Positions 1 through 8,597 of a stretch of DNA of 64,000 bases are shown piece by piece; positions within the stretch are counted from its first letter, which is position 1, and every line of letters begins with the position of its first letter. The notes below the pieces were generated by a model that was not told the origin of the DNA, did not search any database, and saw nothing but the letters and a program-made list of their open reading frames with translations. Made by a program: the position numbers and the translations under genes. The stretch comes from a virus (lineage: Duplodnaviria > Caudoviricetes), in IMG/VR virus record IMGVR_UViG_3300021256_000011, positions 8,789-72,788 of that record; one strand, 5' to 3'.

Positions 1-680
1 GTCCTTATACATGGATGCCTTGTAGGAAGATCTGTATCGTGAACACCAACGCCGAAAACAAGCTTCCCGCGTTTTTCCTGGGCGCACTTCTTGCACCCGG
101 GACCGCGATATAAGTGATAAGATGGGCGCACAAGGAAGTCTCCGTGTTTCTTACATGTAACCACAACTTTGGTAAAACTGTCCACATATTGCGTTTTATC
201 GTAAGAAAACTTGGAACCGTATCTGGCTTTTGCTAATTTAATAAATAGGTCGGTTGTCATCCGCTGCAACTCAATCCTTGAATTCAGACCGCAATAAGGG
301 CACCCGTGTCCACTCAAATGAACATAAGCCTGCTGCGTGAACTCTCCGTGTTTCGGGCAGACAATCAGAACATCCTCGTAGCAACCTTTATAAACAGTCC
401 TCGAGTAATCGTACCGATAATTATGCTTTTTGTTCGCCTCGTCTATAAATTGCTGCGTGTCTTTCTTTCGCTTCGCTGCAGATAGAAGCTTGCCACACTC
501 AGGGCATCCGTGCCCTCGCATAAGGTGAACTGGTTTTGCATAGAATTCCCCGTGCCTTTTGCATACGACAAGAACTCGTGTCGTACTATTCTTGTATTCG
601 CTCTTTGAAAAATCGTAGTCATTCCCAAGAGCGGCGCTCGCCCTTTCGATAAACTCGCTCTGTGTTATTTTTGCTGGCAT
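1..680 (-). CDS. Putative homing endonuclease with three Zn-binding repeats (DUF723-like), truncated at window edge
   Basis: Absent from the ORF track because there is no stop in the window. My translation from the ATG at 680 gives MPAKITQSEFIERASAALGNDYDFSKSEY...VCKRHGEFYAKPVHLMRGHGCPECG, then VCPKHGEFTQQAYVHLSGHGCPYCG, TCKKHGDFLVRPSYHLYRGPGCKKC, then KLVFGVGVHD. The frame is open to base 1. Confidence 0.8.
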   Translation of the reverse strand, partial: MPAKITQSEFIERASAALGNDYDFSKSEYKNSTTRVLVVCKRHGEFYAKPVHLMRGHGCPECGKLLSAAKRKKDTQQFIDEANKKHNYRYDYSRTVYKGCYEDVLIVCPKHGEFTQQAYVHLSGHGCPYCGLNSRIELQRMTTDLFIKLAKARYGSKFSYDKTQYVDSFTKVVVTCKKHGDFLVRPSYHLYRGPGCKKCAQEKRGKLVFGVGVHDTDLPTRHPCIR

Positions 681-682
681 AA

Positions 683-946
683 CTACAACTCTTTAGGCTT
701 CTCAACATTCTGCAACTCGAACCACCCAAGGTTTGTCAGGAAGTCGAATACGCCACCCTCCGGCTCATAGGCTATATCAATAATGCCATATTGCTCGCCG
801 AATGCGCGAAGAATCCCAGCCAGTATTTCAAAATCGGAATCTTTCGAGTCATCCATCTTAACCAACACGTTAACCCAACTGCGATTTCTGACAATCTGCC
901 CAAAACGATAAATGTCAGATTTCTGATAATGCTTTTTCTTTCTCAT
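683..946 (-). CDS. Hypothetical protein
   Basis: 87-aa ORF, co-oriented and tightly packed; follows a promoter and structured leader. Confidence 0.6.
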   Translation of the reverse strand: MRKKKHYQKSDIYRFGQIVRNRSWVNVLVKMDDSKDSDFEILAGILRAFGEQYGIIDIAYEPEGGVFDFLTNLGWFELQNVEKPKEL

Positions 947-949
947 GAC

Positions 950-1055
950 GCATAAAAATTAGTTGCCCCGAACTTTCAGCCAAAGAGAGAGCGTAGCGGC
1001 TTCCAGTCCGGGGACTATAAATTTCTATGTCTTACGCTCTCTGGTTACAAAGATA
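950..1055 (-). promoter_or_regulatory. TAnnTTTG promoter plus structured 5' leader (copy A)
   Basis: TATCTTTG at 1055-1048; AGAGAGCGTA/TACGCTCTCT and CCCCGGACT/AGTTCGGGG pairings; ATAGAAATTTA shared with copy B. Confidence 0.6.
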
Positions 1056-1079
1056 GTAAAACATTTTGGATTATGCAAA

Positions 1080-1376
1080 TTAAATCGGGTCGTTGCTGCT
1101 CGGAGCAGATTGGTCAAGCTTCCAGGACCAGCAGTTAATGTCGGTGTAGTATTTGCCGTTGTACTCTCTGGTCTTGAAGTCGACCTGGAATGTACCAGTC
1201 TGGCCTACGCCAATACTTGCAAAGTTTTCCGCGTCTTTCGAGTTCTGAAGCGCGATGCTCTTAGGATACTGCCCGGATTCATACTCCAGGATGATCGTTG
1301 CGCGGGCCCAGGGGCCTCTGTTGCCCACTCCCCTTTCAATCGGCAGAACTGCCGTTACTCTTCCTTTGAATTCCAT
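1080..1376 (-). CDS. DUF3127-family OB-fold/SSB-like protein
   Basis: MEFKGRVTAVLP...GPW...GQYPKSIAL...FKTREYNGKYYTDINCW pattern. Confidence 0.8.
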   Translation of the reverse strand: MEFKGRVTAVLPIERGVGNRGPWARATIILEYESGQYPKSIALQNSKDAENFASIGVGQTGTFQVDFKTREYNGKYYTDINCWSWKLDQSAPSSNDPI

Positions 1377-1378
1377 TT

Positions 1379-2017
1379 CTATTCGTTTTTGTTCTCTTCT
1401 TCAATTTTCGTGCCAATCTTATTCGGCATGTCAAGCATGTCTTTGTTTTCATAGTGGACCCCGCTCTCTTCGCCAAATGTCCGATAGCGGCAGTATTGGC
1501 ACAAGTCTTCACATTCATGCTCGCAGAATACGCGGTAACGACAGTCGGAACATCGTTCTGCCAAAAATCTTTGAGGAGCCACTTCTACCTCTTCCCCGCT
1601 GTCGAGGATACCGACCTTGTCAAGCAACTTAAGCACGAAGTCGGGGTCATCCGCCTGATCGATATTATCAGCAAGCGTGATGGCAAACTCCGTCGCCTTC
1701 GCTTTTGCCTTTGCCTTCCTTTCCTCCAGCGACCCGACCGGCGTTTCCTTCTTCGCCACGGGATGCAGCACGGCATCAAGAGTCGCCTGGTATGCTTCGA
1801 TGTACTCCTTGACTTCCTTTCGTGCGTAGAACTGCTTGACATAGTCTTCTACAGCCGCCTTAGCCTTGGATGCCATCATGTCAGGACGAACAAAAATAAG
1901 CAGCGCGTCCTTCCGGGGACAGCCGGACAGAAGGTACCAGCTCAAAGCGTTCTGCTCCTCCTGACTAAGAGAAGAGCGGAAGTTGTCCGGACGAATTGGT
2001 ATGATACTCTTGGGCAT
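1379..2017 (-). CDS. Putative terminase small subunit-like protein
   Basis: Helical N-terminus (FYARKEVKEYIEAY), Cys-rich C-terminus, own promoter; assignment by resemblance only. Confidence 0.35.
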   Translation of the reverse strand: MPKSIIPIRPDNFRSSLSQEEQNALSWYLLSGCPRKDALLIFVRPDMMASKAKAAVEDYVKQFYARKEVKEYIEAYQATLDAVLHPVAKKETPVGSLEERKAKAKAKATEFAITLADNIDQADDPDFVLKLLDKVGILDSGEEVEVAPQRFLAERCSDCRYRVFCEHECEDLCQYCRYRTFGEESGVHYENKDMLDMPNKIGTKIEEENKNE

Positions 2018-2021
2018 AGCG

Positions 2022-2029
2022 CAAAGATA
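2022..2029 (-). promoter_or_regulatory. Bacteroidota-type -7 promoter box
   Basis: TATCTTTG 5 nt upstream of the ATG at 2017. Confidence 0.6.
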
Positions 2030-2245
2030 CTACTTTTTCTCGGGATTGCAAGCGCGAAGGTAGTCTACAATTTCCGCGAGCGTATCAAAGGTGATATCGC
2101 CATCAATGTATATAGCGTCAACGCGTTCATCGTAACCCCAGTCGTTTTCTTTCTCGAAGTCAAGCGGCCATGATATGTAAATATGGTGCGGCGCAAGGAT
2201 TTCCTCGATGTGCCGGCGCTGTTCTTCTGTGGCGGCTCTAAGCAT
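2030..2245 (-). CDS. Hypothetical protein
   Basis: 71-aa ORF in operon. Confidence 0.65.
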   Translation of the reverse strand: MLRAATEEQRRHIEEILAPHHIYISWPLDFEKENDWGYDERVDAIYIDGDITFDTLAEIVDYLRACNPEKK

Positions 2246-2630
2246 TCAGGTATTCGTTAATAATAGTTTTAAATTGATCCAGACTGCGGCACAAACAATA
2301 CTTGTAGCCTTGCTGTTCGAGCCGCGACTGAAAAGCCTTCTGCTCGGCGCTCTGAACTCCCGTTTCGGTCTTATACTCGATAGCGAGACCAAAGTAGCCG
2401 CGGCGTGCAATGAAGAGAAAAGTATCTGGTGCACCTGCGACTAATCCTAATGCCTTTCGCATCGCTCCATCAAGTTTGCTACTTCTGTTCCCCTCGTTCG
2501 GAATATGAATGTATAAACCACGAGTTTCCGGGTAATTATTCCATAGAAACTCAACACAGCTCGCCTGTATTCTCGCCTCGGGCTGGGTATGCTTACGTTT
2601 CTTCGGTTGTGGATTTATCTCTATTATCAT
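2238..2630 (-). CDS. VRR-NUC domain nuclease
   Basis: EARIQ...HIPNEG...GLVAGAPD...LAIEYKTETGVQSAEQKAFQ, PD-(D/E)xK motif. Confidence 0.9.
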   Translation of the reverse strand: MIIEINPQPKKRKHTQPEARIQASCVEFLWNNYPETRGLYIHIPNEGNRSSKLDGAMRKALGLVAGAPDTFLFIARRGYFGLAIEYKTETGVQSAEQKAFQSRLEQQGYKYCLCRSLDQFKTIINEYLNA

Positions 2631-3342
2631 GTTGAAATATTAAATCAAAAACAGCATCCTTGTCTTCTGGGTATTTCCACACAAAACCTCTAGCGGTTTT
2701 TCTGCCACCAACACAACATCTCCGTATAAGATTATGGTTCACCCCGACAACTCTTTCTGCTTCTCGCGCAGAATACCATATCTGCACCAACTCCATATCC
2801 TTTGTGTACTGCAAGACAGGAATACATCGAAGTCTAATAGCGTCTTCTGTTTTGTTCCACTCTGTCAATCTGTCCTTTTGTTCCTGAGACAAATGCTTTC
2901 CATACCAGTGGTTCTTTTCTCCCCTTTGTGAATCTCCAATTTTTTTACGAACTTCAGCCGATGGAGACTTCCCAAACATAGGATTTTTCTCGCCGAGTTT
3001 AGAACGCCGTATAGCCTCGATAGTTAATGGGTTGTTTTGGTTTTCCTTCGCCGTACACCACCGTAAATTGCTCGCCCTATTATCAGTCCTAATGCCGTTT
3101 ATATGGTCTATAAACGGCTTGCCGTCTGGATTCGGACAAAAGGCTTCTGCGACGAGTTGGTGAACGAGTCTCTTCTTGAATATGCCGTTATAATATAAGT
3201 GCACACTAACATATCCCTGCTTCGTAATCCATCCATTAAGAATTCGATTCCCCTTTCGAGGATTCCTGACATGTCCATAGTCGCTAACCTCGTACAATCC
3301 ATCCCAGTCTTTTACCGGCTTCCATTCTTCAATTTGTTCCAT
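2593..3342 (-). CDS. NUMOD4-HNH homing endonuclease with NUMOD3/NUMOD1 motifs
   Basis: EEWKPVKDWDGLYEVSDYGHV (NUMOD4); IDHINGIRTDNRASNLRWCT (HNH); GEKNPMFGK/GEKNHWYGK (NUMOD3); C-terminal NUMOD1-like segment. Start set at MEQ. Confidence 0.92.
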   Translation of the reverse strand: MEQIEEWKPVKDWDGLYEVSDYGHVRNPRKGNRILNGWITKQGYVSVHLYYNGIFKKRLVHQLVAEAFCPNPDGKPFIDHINGIRTDNRASNLRWCTAKENQNNPLTIEAIRRSKLGEKNPMFGKSPSAEVRKKIGDSQRGEKNHWYGKHLSQEQKDRLTEWNKTEDAIRLRCIPVLQYTKDMELVQIWYSAREAERVVGVNHNLIRRCCVGGRKTARGFVWKYPEDKDAVFDLIFQHDNRDKSTTEET

Positions 3343-3455
3343 TGTAAAAATCGAAGTCCCGAGGTTCAAATAGTGATGCGAGCACTATCCTACTAATCGG
3401 GACTCTTAAATTTCTATCCACCTTCTCGCATAAGGCGTTTAACAATGCAAATATA
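3343..3455 (-). promoter_or_regulatory. TAnnTTTG promoter plus structured 5' leader (copy B)
   Basis: TATATTTG at 3455-3448; ATGCGAG/CTCGCAT and AGTCCCGA/TCGGGACT pairings; ATAGAAATTTA. Confidence 0.6.
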
Positions 3456-3469
3456 CGAAAAGTTTTTGT

Positions 3470-3685
3470 TTATTCAAAAATCTTCTTGTAATGCTCGCAC
3501 AGCGCCTCGCGGGTGGGGAAGAAATCGAAGCCAAGTTGATATACTCCTATATGTTTACCGAAATGTCCGGCCACGATTGCAACGCCTTCGGCCTCAATAA
3601 CCTCTTCACTTACTATTTTATGTCGAGCATCATCAAACACCCACACCTTGTCTCCTGGTTTCATATTACCTCTTTCTATTCCCAA
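3470..3685 (-). CDS. Hypothetical protein
   Basis: 71-aa ORF in operon. Confidence 0.6.
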   Translation of the reverse strand: MGIERGNMKPGDKVWVFDDARHKIVSEEVIEAEGVAIVAGHFGKHIGVYQLGFDFFPTREALCEHYKKIFE

Positions 3686-3879
3686 TTAATAAAATAATCG
3701 CCCTCGCGAGGTGAACGCCCCCGTTCGTCGCAGTAATTATCAAAGAGATCCTCATCTGATGCAGTTAACTCATACGGATCCGGCATATCATAAGCGAGAT
3801 ATGTTCCGTCCTTTGAGAACCAGATAAGTCTATCTTGGTCTAAGTCTTTAAGTTCTTCTATGAATTCTCTGACTGTCAT
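3676..3879 (-). CDS. Hypothetical protein
   Basis: MTVREFIEELKDL start; small phage protein. Confidence 0.6.
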   Translation of the reverse strand: MTVREFIEELKDLDQDRLIWFSKDGTYLAYDMPDPYELTASDEDLFDNYCDERGRSPREGDYFINWE

Positions 3880-3880
3880 A

Positions 3881-4063
3881 TCACTTCTCCTCCCATCCAA
3901 GCACTTCCAGAGTAATCGGCACAGGAGCATACCCGAGCGGAGTATGCAGCTTCCAGGACTCGCCGTCCCACATTCCGATGCCGGCGGCCATCTTCTTGGT
4001 TAATTTATGCAAAACATGGACCTTTACATCCTTGTTCGGTTCGGGCTTTTTGTCAATAATCAT
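3881..4063 (-). CDS. Hypothetical protein
   Basis: 60-aa ORF in operon. Confidence 0.55.
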   Translation of the reverse strand: MIIDKKPEPNKDVKVHVLHKLTKKMAAGIGMWDGESWKLHTPLGYAPVPITLEVLGWEEK

Positions 4064-4100
4064 ATCTCAAAATTTTTCACTGCTACTGCAAATCCCGTGC

Positions 4101-5609
4101 CTAAAACAGTTTCGGCGAGGAGTCGTCTTTTTTCTTGACCTTTGCCTTACTCAATATATTGTTTTTAAATGCCCACCAGTACTTAGGGCTGATATTCGCA
4201 CCGTGTTTCGTCCTCAAAACCTCGATTGCTCTCATAAACGCTTCCTTTTGGTGTTCTGGGTTCTTAATACAAACCTGGACAAGAATCCAGTTGCTGCTTT
4301 TACCTTCCAACTTCTTCCTGGCAACATACCCCTCGATAGACTCTTCCTCCTCCCTTGCGGCCACCTCCTGCAACTCTGCGACATAAGTCTCCTGCTGTGT
4401 CGGCCAGTGATAGCCGCAGAATTTACAGTCAGTCCATGACACCGGCACCAACTTATGGCACTGTGGACATTCCTTTGTAGGCGGGACCCCGCCGCCGGAG
4501 CCTGTGTTGTGCCAGACGGACCACACACGATCATCCTCGTACCGGCCTAGCCGCTCATAGTTACGGCCAAAGTCCAAACACAGAAACTCATTATCCTTCC
4601 CTGGCGCAATCCGGCTCGCTCGGCCCAGGCACTGCATGTATTTCACCAGCGAGGTCGTAGAGAACATCAGCATCACGACCTTGATGTCCGGGATGTCGAT
4701 TCCTGTCGTAAATAGACCGTAGTTGACTAGGACCGGGAATTCGCCACGGGCAAAAGCGTCCACGACATCCTTGCGCTCACCGCCATATTCCTCGTCTTCG
4801 TCGAAGTCGCCGGAAAGGCAGTATTTAGCCTCTATGCCGCGTTCGCAGAATTCGCGTGTAAGATTTATCGTCTGCTCAGACGAACAGCAAAATACGAGGC
4901 ATTTCTGGCCCTTGCAGAGCCTTTCGTAGTTGTCAACCGCTCCAACATATCTCGCTCGAGACTTGAACTTAGCCGACATCTGACCAAGATTGTAGTCTCC
5001 GCGACCGGAACTCCACTCAACATCGTCCATAGAGGGGGCATCCAGCGAAAATAAACGGCATCGGCAGAGATATCCGAGGTCAATCAGCTCCTTCACTTGC
5101 GGACCTACCACAACGGCTCCATAATCCATTCCGAGCTGGCGCATCTGGCCGTAGCGGGCAGGGGAAGCGGAAAGACCAACGACAAAAGTACGGTCAATAC
5201 CCTGCTGCTCGAAGATAAAGTCAAATTCAGCGCGATGGCACTCGTCCAGGATAATCAACTTGAATGTATCGAACCAGTTCGTCCATTCGTCCCTTTTAAG
5301 CCGCTGGCGAAGCGTCTGAGCCATCATACAGCAGCACTCTGCATCGGGACGCTTTCTGGTCCTAGCGAAGACTTCTGCTGCATTTACGCCCCATTTACGA
5401 GCATGGCCTGCGTCCTGGGTGAGAATCTCCTCGCTGTGCGCAAGAATCAGGACGCGGTTACCCTTCCTCGTAGCCATTGATGCCATCGAACCGATAAGAA
5501 CCCCTTTGCCGCTTCCAGTGGGAGACTGAACAATAATGTGCTTGTGCTTAGCAAGTGCCTGGCGGGACTCGGAGATGAGAGTCTGCTGGTATTCGCGTAA
5601 CTGGATCAT
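4101..5609 (-). CDS. SF2 DEAD/DEAH-box helicase with C-terminal Zn finger
   Basis: QSPTGSGK (Walker A), DECH, SAS, QCLGRASR (motif VI), CPQC...CKFC. Confidence 0.95.
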   Translation of the reverse strand: MIQLREYQQTLISESRQALAKHKHIIVQSPTGSGKGVLIGSMASMATRKGNRVLILAHSEEILTQDAGHARKWGVNAAEVFARTRKRPDAECCCMMAQTLRQRLKRDEWTNWFDTFKLIILDECHRAEFDFIFEQQGIDRTFVVGLSASPARYGQMRQLGMDYGAVVVGPQVKELIDLGYLCRCRLFSLDAPSMDDVEWSSGRGDYNLGQMSAKFKSRARYVGAVDNYERLCKGQKCLVFCCSSEQTINLTREFCERGIEAKYCLSGDFDEDEEYGGERKDVVDAFARGEFPVLVNYGLFTTGIDIPDIKVVMLMFSTTSLVKYMQCLGRASRIAPGKDNEFLCLDFGRNYERLGRYEDDRVWSVWHNTGSGGGVPPTKECPQCHKLVPVSWTDCKFCGYHWPTQQETYVAELQEVAAREEEESIEGYVARKKLEGKSSNWILVQVCIKNPEHQKEAFMRAIEVLRTKHGANISPKYWWAFKNNILSKAKVKKKDDSSPKLF

Positions 5610-6311
5610 CTAAAACAAAGACAGTTGGTATGATGTGTTCCCTATATTAAAAACAACAGGTATCGGCTCTAGATCAAAATACTTTTCACAAATGTCAACA
5701 ATGTGCTCACACAGTTGGGGTGGGTATGCCGAACGAAGGCTTTTGTCCGAGATGCCCTGAAGACCAGTTTTCGACCCTCTTGGCGCAGGCTGATGACACG
5801 GGTCGCCGTTCTTGCATGGCGGCAAGAATTCTGGACACGGGTGATTGGTAAAAATATCTGTCGCTTTCCTGTATGGGAATCCGTACTTGCAGTATGTTAT
5901 AAGATACCGAGGAATTCCATGCATATAATCCATCTTTCTAAGACCGCCCATTGGATTCTCAATAAAGAAAAACCTGGGGCTCAAATCTCGAATTAGTTCA
6001 AGGGTATGCCGGTTCACTAGGTCTGCCTTTGCTGCTTTTTCGGTCTTTGGATCAAGAGAACCTGTTACAGGATTCTTCTTTCTGTGATGACCGATTGCAG
6101 CGACGCTAAATGTCGTGCAATCGTTACCACTCCAAATGATATCTGGCCTCCCAAACTCACGCAACACCATCTCTGGTGTAAGTTCCATAATATCTATATG
6201 CAGCGATGAGGGGAATTTCTTCTCCCAATCTACCGTATAGCACTCGTGCCCTCTGGACCGGAAGGCGTTGCTTATGCATTCAGTACCACTGAATAATTCT
6301 AAGATTTTCAT
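5610..6311 (-). CDS. DNA cytosine-5 methyltransferase-like protein
   Basis: KILELFSG (motif I), WSGNDCTTFS (motif IV-like), IENP (motif VI). Start moved to MKILE because the upstream extension overlaps the tRNA-like element. Confidence 0.8.
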   Translation of the reverse strand: MKILELFSGTECISNAFRSRGHECYTVDWEKKFPSSLHIDIMELTPEMVLREFGRPDIIWSGNDCTTFSVAAIGHHRKKNPVTGSLDPKTEKAAKADLVNRHTLELIRDLSPRFFFIENPMGGLRKMDYMHGIPRYLITYCKYGFPYRKATDIFTNHPCPEFLPPCKNGDPCHQPAPRGSKTGLQGISDKSLRSAYPPQLCEHIVDICEKYFDLEPIPVVFNIGNTSYQLSLF

Positions 6312-6326
6312 TCTATAAAATACTTG

Positions 6327-6392
6327 CGGATGGGGGCGGGCTCGAACCGCCGACTGTGGCTTTTGCCTCTCTACCAACTGAGTTACCCATCC
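6327..6392 (-). tRNA. tRNA-like element with truncated anticodon arm (no anticodon assignable)
   Basis: GGATGGG/CCCATCC acceptor; TAACTCAGTTGGTAGAG D arm; GGCGG-TTCGAGC-CCGCC T arm; anticodon arm reduced to GGC-AAAA-GCC. Confidence 0.75.
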
Positions 6393-6396
6393 AAAA

Positions 6397-6540
6397 ATCG
6401 GTGCGTGACATCCTCACTTTGGCTCTACGATGTCAGCTTCACGGATAATCCCAAATTTTCTTCTCCGCTACTCTTATTCACTGCCTTTCCGCACCGATGC
6501 GCCGCCGTTAGTGCACTCCTTGGGAATTACCCCGTGCCCG
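6397..6540 (-). ncRNA. Candidate structured ncRNA immediately upstream of the tRNA-like element
   Basis: ATCGGTGCG/CGCACCGAT closing stem, inner TGACATC/GATGTCA stem, further hairpins; intergenic. Confidence 0.4.
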
Positions 6541-6543
6541 ATA

Positions 6544-6816
6544 TTAAATTTTAATAAGTTTTACCAAATGCCAATAATCGCTTACTTGCCCGAGCCGTCC
6601 AATCCAGATGGACCTTATTGCCTGAAACGAGCATCCGTATTCGCGCTGGCAGATATCCTCGAGCTCATTATCGAAGACGCCTCCAGCATTGTTCCAGGTA
6701 GTTTGGAACTCCGTCTGGCACATTACGCCGTCTGCGGTCTCGATTTCTCCGCGTCCAATGCCATTCTCCGGCACCAGTAGTTTCTCTGCAAATTTAGCTT
6801 TTATTTTCATAAACAA
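6544..6816 (-). CDS. Hypothetical protein
   Basis: ORF in operon. Confidence 0.65.
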   Translation of the reverse strand: MFMKIKAKFAEKLLVPENGIGRGEIETADGVMCQTEFQTTWNNAGGVFDNELEDICQREYGCSFQAIRSIWIGRLGQVSDYWHLVKLIKI

Positions 6817-7132
6817 CCAATATACATTTTGTCCTGCTCAAGATATCTTTACCATGTCCTTCTAGCATGGCGTAACTCAGCCACCGTTTAAAGGCCGCGT
6901 CCCAGGTTATCCCGTAGCGCATCTTACAAAGGAAGTCGCATGTCCTATCGCAAGCAATAAGGAAGACGCTCTCGATGGTCACTTCCGGTCCATTAAAGAA
7001 CCGCATCGTGTCTCCGGACTTAGCGTCCAAAAAAGACCGCGTCTTCTCGTAGAACCTACCGTATGGCAGCAGAATGTAGTTTAGCCACATCTTCCCCGGT
7101 TCCTCATGAGCCGGCTTGAACACCCTTCCCAT
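6794..7132 (-). CDS. Hypothetical protein
   Basis: 112-aa ORF in operon. Confidence 0.7.
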   Translation of the reverse strand: MGRVFKPAHEEPGKMWLNYILLPYGRFYEKTRSFLDAKSGDTMRFFNGPEVTIESVFLIACDRTCDFLCKMRYGITWDAAFKRWLSYAMLEGHGKDILSRTKCILVVYENKS

Positions 7133-7133
7133 A

Positions 7134-7694
7134 TCAAATCTTCCTTGTCAAGTCATACAACGCCAAGCAGTACGAGTCCATCGTTCCCTGAGACACCTTC
7201 CGGTCTTCTTCAGGCAAAAGCCGATACGCATACGCAAAATCGTGCATATAAGAGATGTAGTCCCCCCGTGTGAAATTCTTCACTGGAGCACCCGGGTCCC
7301 AATGCACCTTTGGGGTCCCCTTGAAGACCTCGAGGCCGGTATGGTTCGGATACTTCAACCACTCCTCTACACCGAGCAGATAAAACCGCATGCAGTACGG
7401 CAGGAAGCACCAGACGGAGTCAATCTTCCGGATCTTGAAAATGTAATTCTCCGCCAGCGATTTCATCCCGGCCTTCCGGGCCCACCAGTACAAAGAAAAA
7501 CGATACATCTGCCAATCAAGCTCCTCGGGCTTACCGAGAACACCAAATTGCCAGTCCTCGCTCCTGGAGTCCAAGAAATCCCTTGCGCCAATATCGTCAC
7601 CAAATTCACAGGCGTCCAGGACCCCCCGCTTGAAGCAAGTGTCATAGAAGCGCAGAATGTGCGGCGCAATAGCCCTATTAAGAGTAAATCTCAA
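7134..7694 (-). CDS. Hypothetical protein
   Basis: 186-aa ORF in operon. Confidence 0.7.
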   Translation of the reverse strand: MRFTLNRAIAPHILRFYDTCFKRGVLDACEFGDDIGARDFLDSRSEDWQFGVLGKPEELDWQMYRFSLYWWARKAGMKSLAENYIFKIRKIDSVWCFLPYCMRFYLLGVEEWLKYPNHTGLEVFKGTPKVHWDPGAPVKNFTRGDYISYMHDFAYAYRLLPEEDRKVSQGTMDSYCLALYDLTRKI

Positions 7695-7866
7695 AGCCTA
7701 ATTCCCTTAAATAGCCAAGAATGTAAAAATACATCCCGAGAGAGCACGCGGGCAACCTCTCTACCACGAGGCCGTTCTCCGTCTCCCGAACATTCGCCAT
7801 AGCTACGCCGGCGTCATCTTTCACGATGCAGCCGTTCATATCAATAATATCGTTCGCTGTCTTCAT
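7678..7866 (-). CDS. Hypothetical protein
   Basis: 62-aa ORF with coupled overlaps. Confidence 0.6.
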   Translation of the reverse strand: MKTANDIIDMNGCIVKDDAGVAMANVRETENGLVVERLPACSLGMYFYILGYLRELGFEIYS

Positions 7867-8594
7867 CTATTACACAGTTTTCCGTTCTCGTCTACAAACC
7901 ACTCGCCCTTCTTGAACTCAGAAGGATTGATGTCGCTCGCGATAAAAGCGTTGAACAGTTTAATCCTTTCGGCTAACACTGAGATGCTAGCTTCGTAGTC
8001 CTTCCTCTCAAATTCAAAAACCATGCCACGCCAGGGAGCGAGAGGAGAATCTGTGTCCTGAAGAATATCGTCGTTGCAGGGACAATACTTCAAAAGACGG
8101 ATGAGTAGGACCTTCGGATTGGACAAAAACTGCCCGAGAATCTGGTCCCCATGCTCTTTCCAAACCCGTGCCTTCTTCTCTACAAAAGATGTAGCCGGGT
8201 CAAAGAAGAACTCAATGGTCGAGTTTCCGACAGTGGTCTTTATCTCCACAACAATCATCTCGTCTGCCGAGAACGCATCAGGGCTTGCGCCATAGTTTGG
8301 CACAAGCTCGTTGGTCCAGAAAGGAATCTCAGGTAATTCCTGGCTGTAAATAATCGGAGACTGAGGGTTGTTCGCCCTATACCACTCGATGGCATAAGGC
8401 TCGCAAATCTTCCCCTGTTCCATCTCATAGGAAGAAACTGGAAGGGCAAAACCATGGTTTCGCTCCCAGCGTTTTTTACGAATATAGGAAATGTTTCCGT
8501 CGATAATCTTCCCCGATGCGCTCATAATAGAGTCAAGCTCGGACGCTGTAATCAGCCCGAGCCTTTTTTCTTTCCATTTATCTTCTTTCGTCAT
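7863..8594 (-). CDS. YqaJ/lambda-exonuclease family protein
   Basis: W...RLGLITASEL, MEQG...EP.A, GASPDA...VEIKT. Confidence 0.85.
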   Translation of the reverse strand: MTKEDKWKEKRLGLITASELDSIMSASGKIIDGNISYIRKKRWERNHGFALPVSSYEMEQGKICEPYAIEWYRANNPQSPIIYSQELPEIPFWTNELVPNYGASPDAFSADEMIVVEIKTTVGNSTIEFFFDPATSFVEKKARVWKEHGDQILGQFLSNPKVLLIRLLKYCPCNDDILQDTDSPLAPWRGMVFEFERKDYEASISVLAERIKLFNAFIASDINPSEFKKGEWFVDENGKLCNR

Positions 8595-8597
8595 ACG

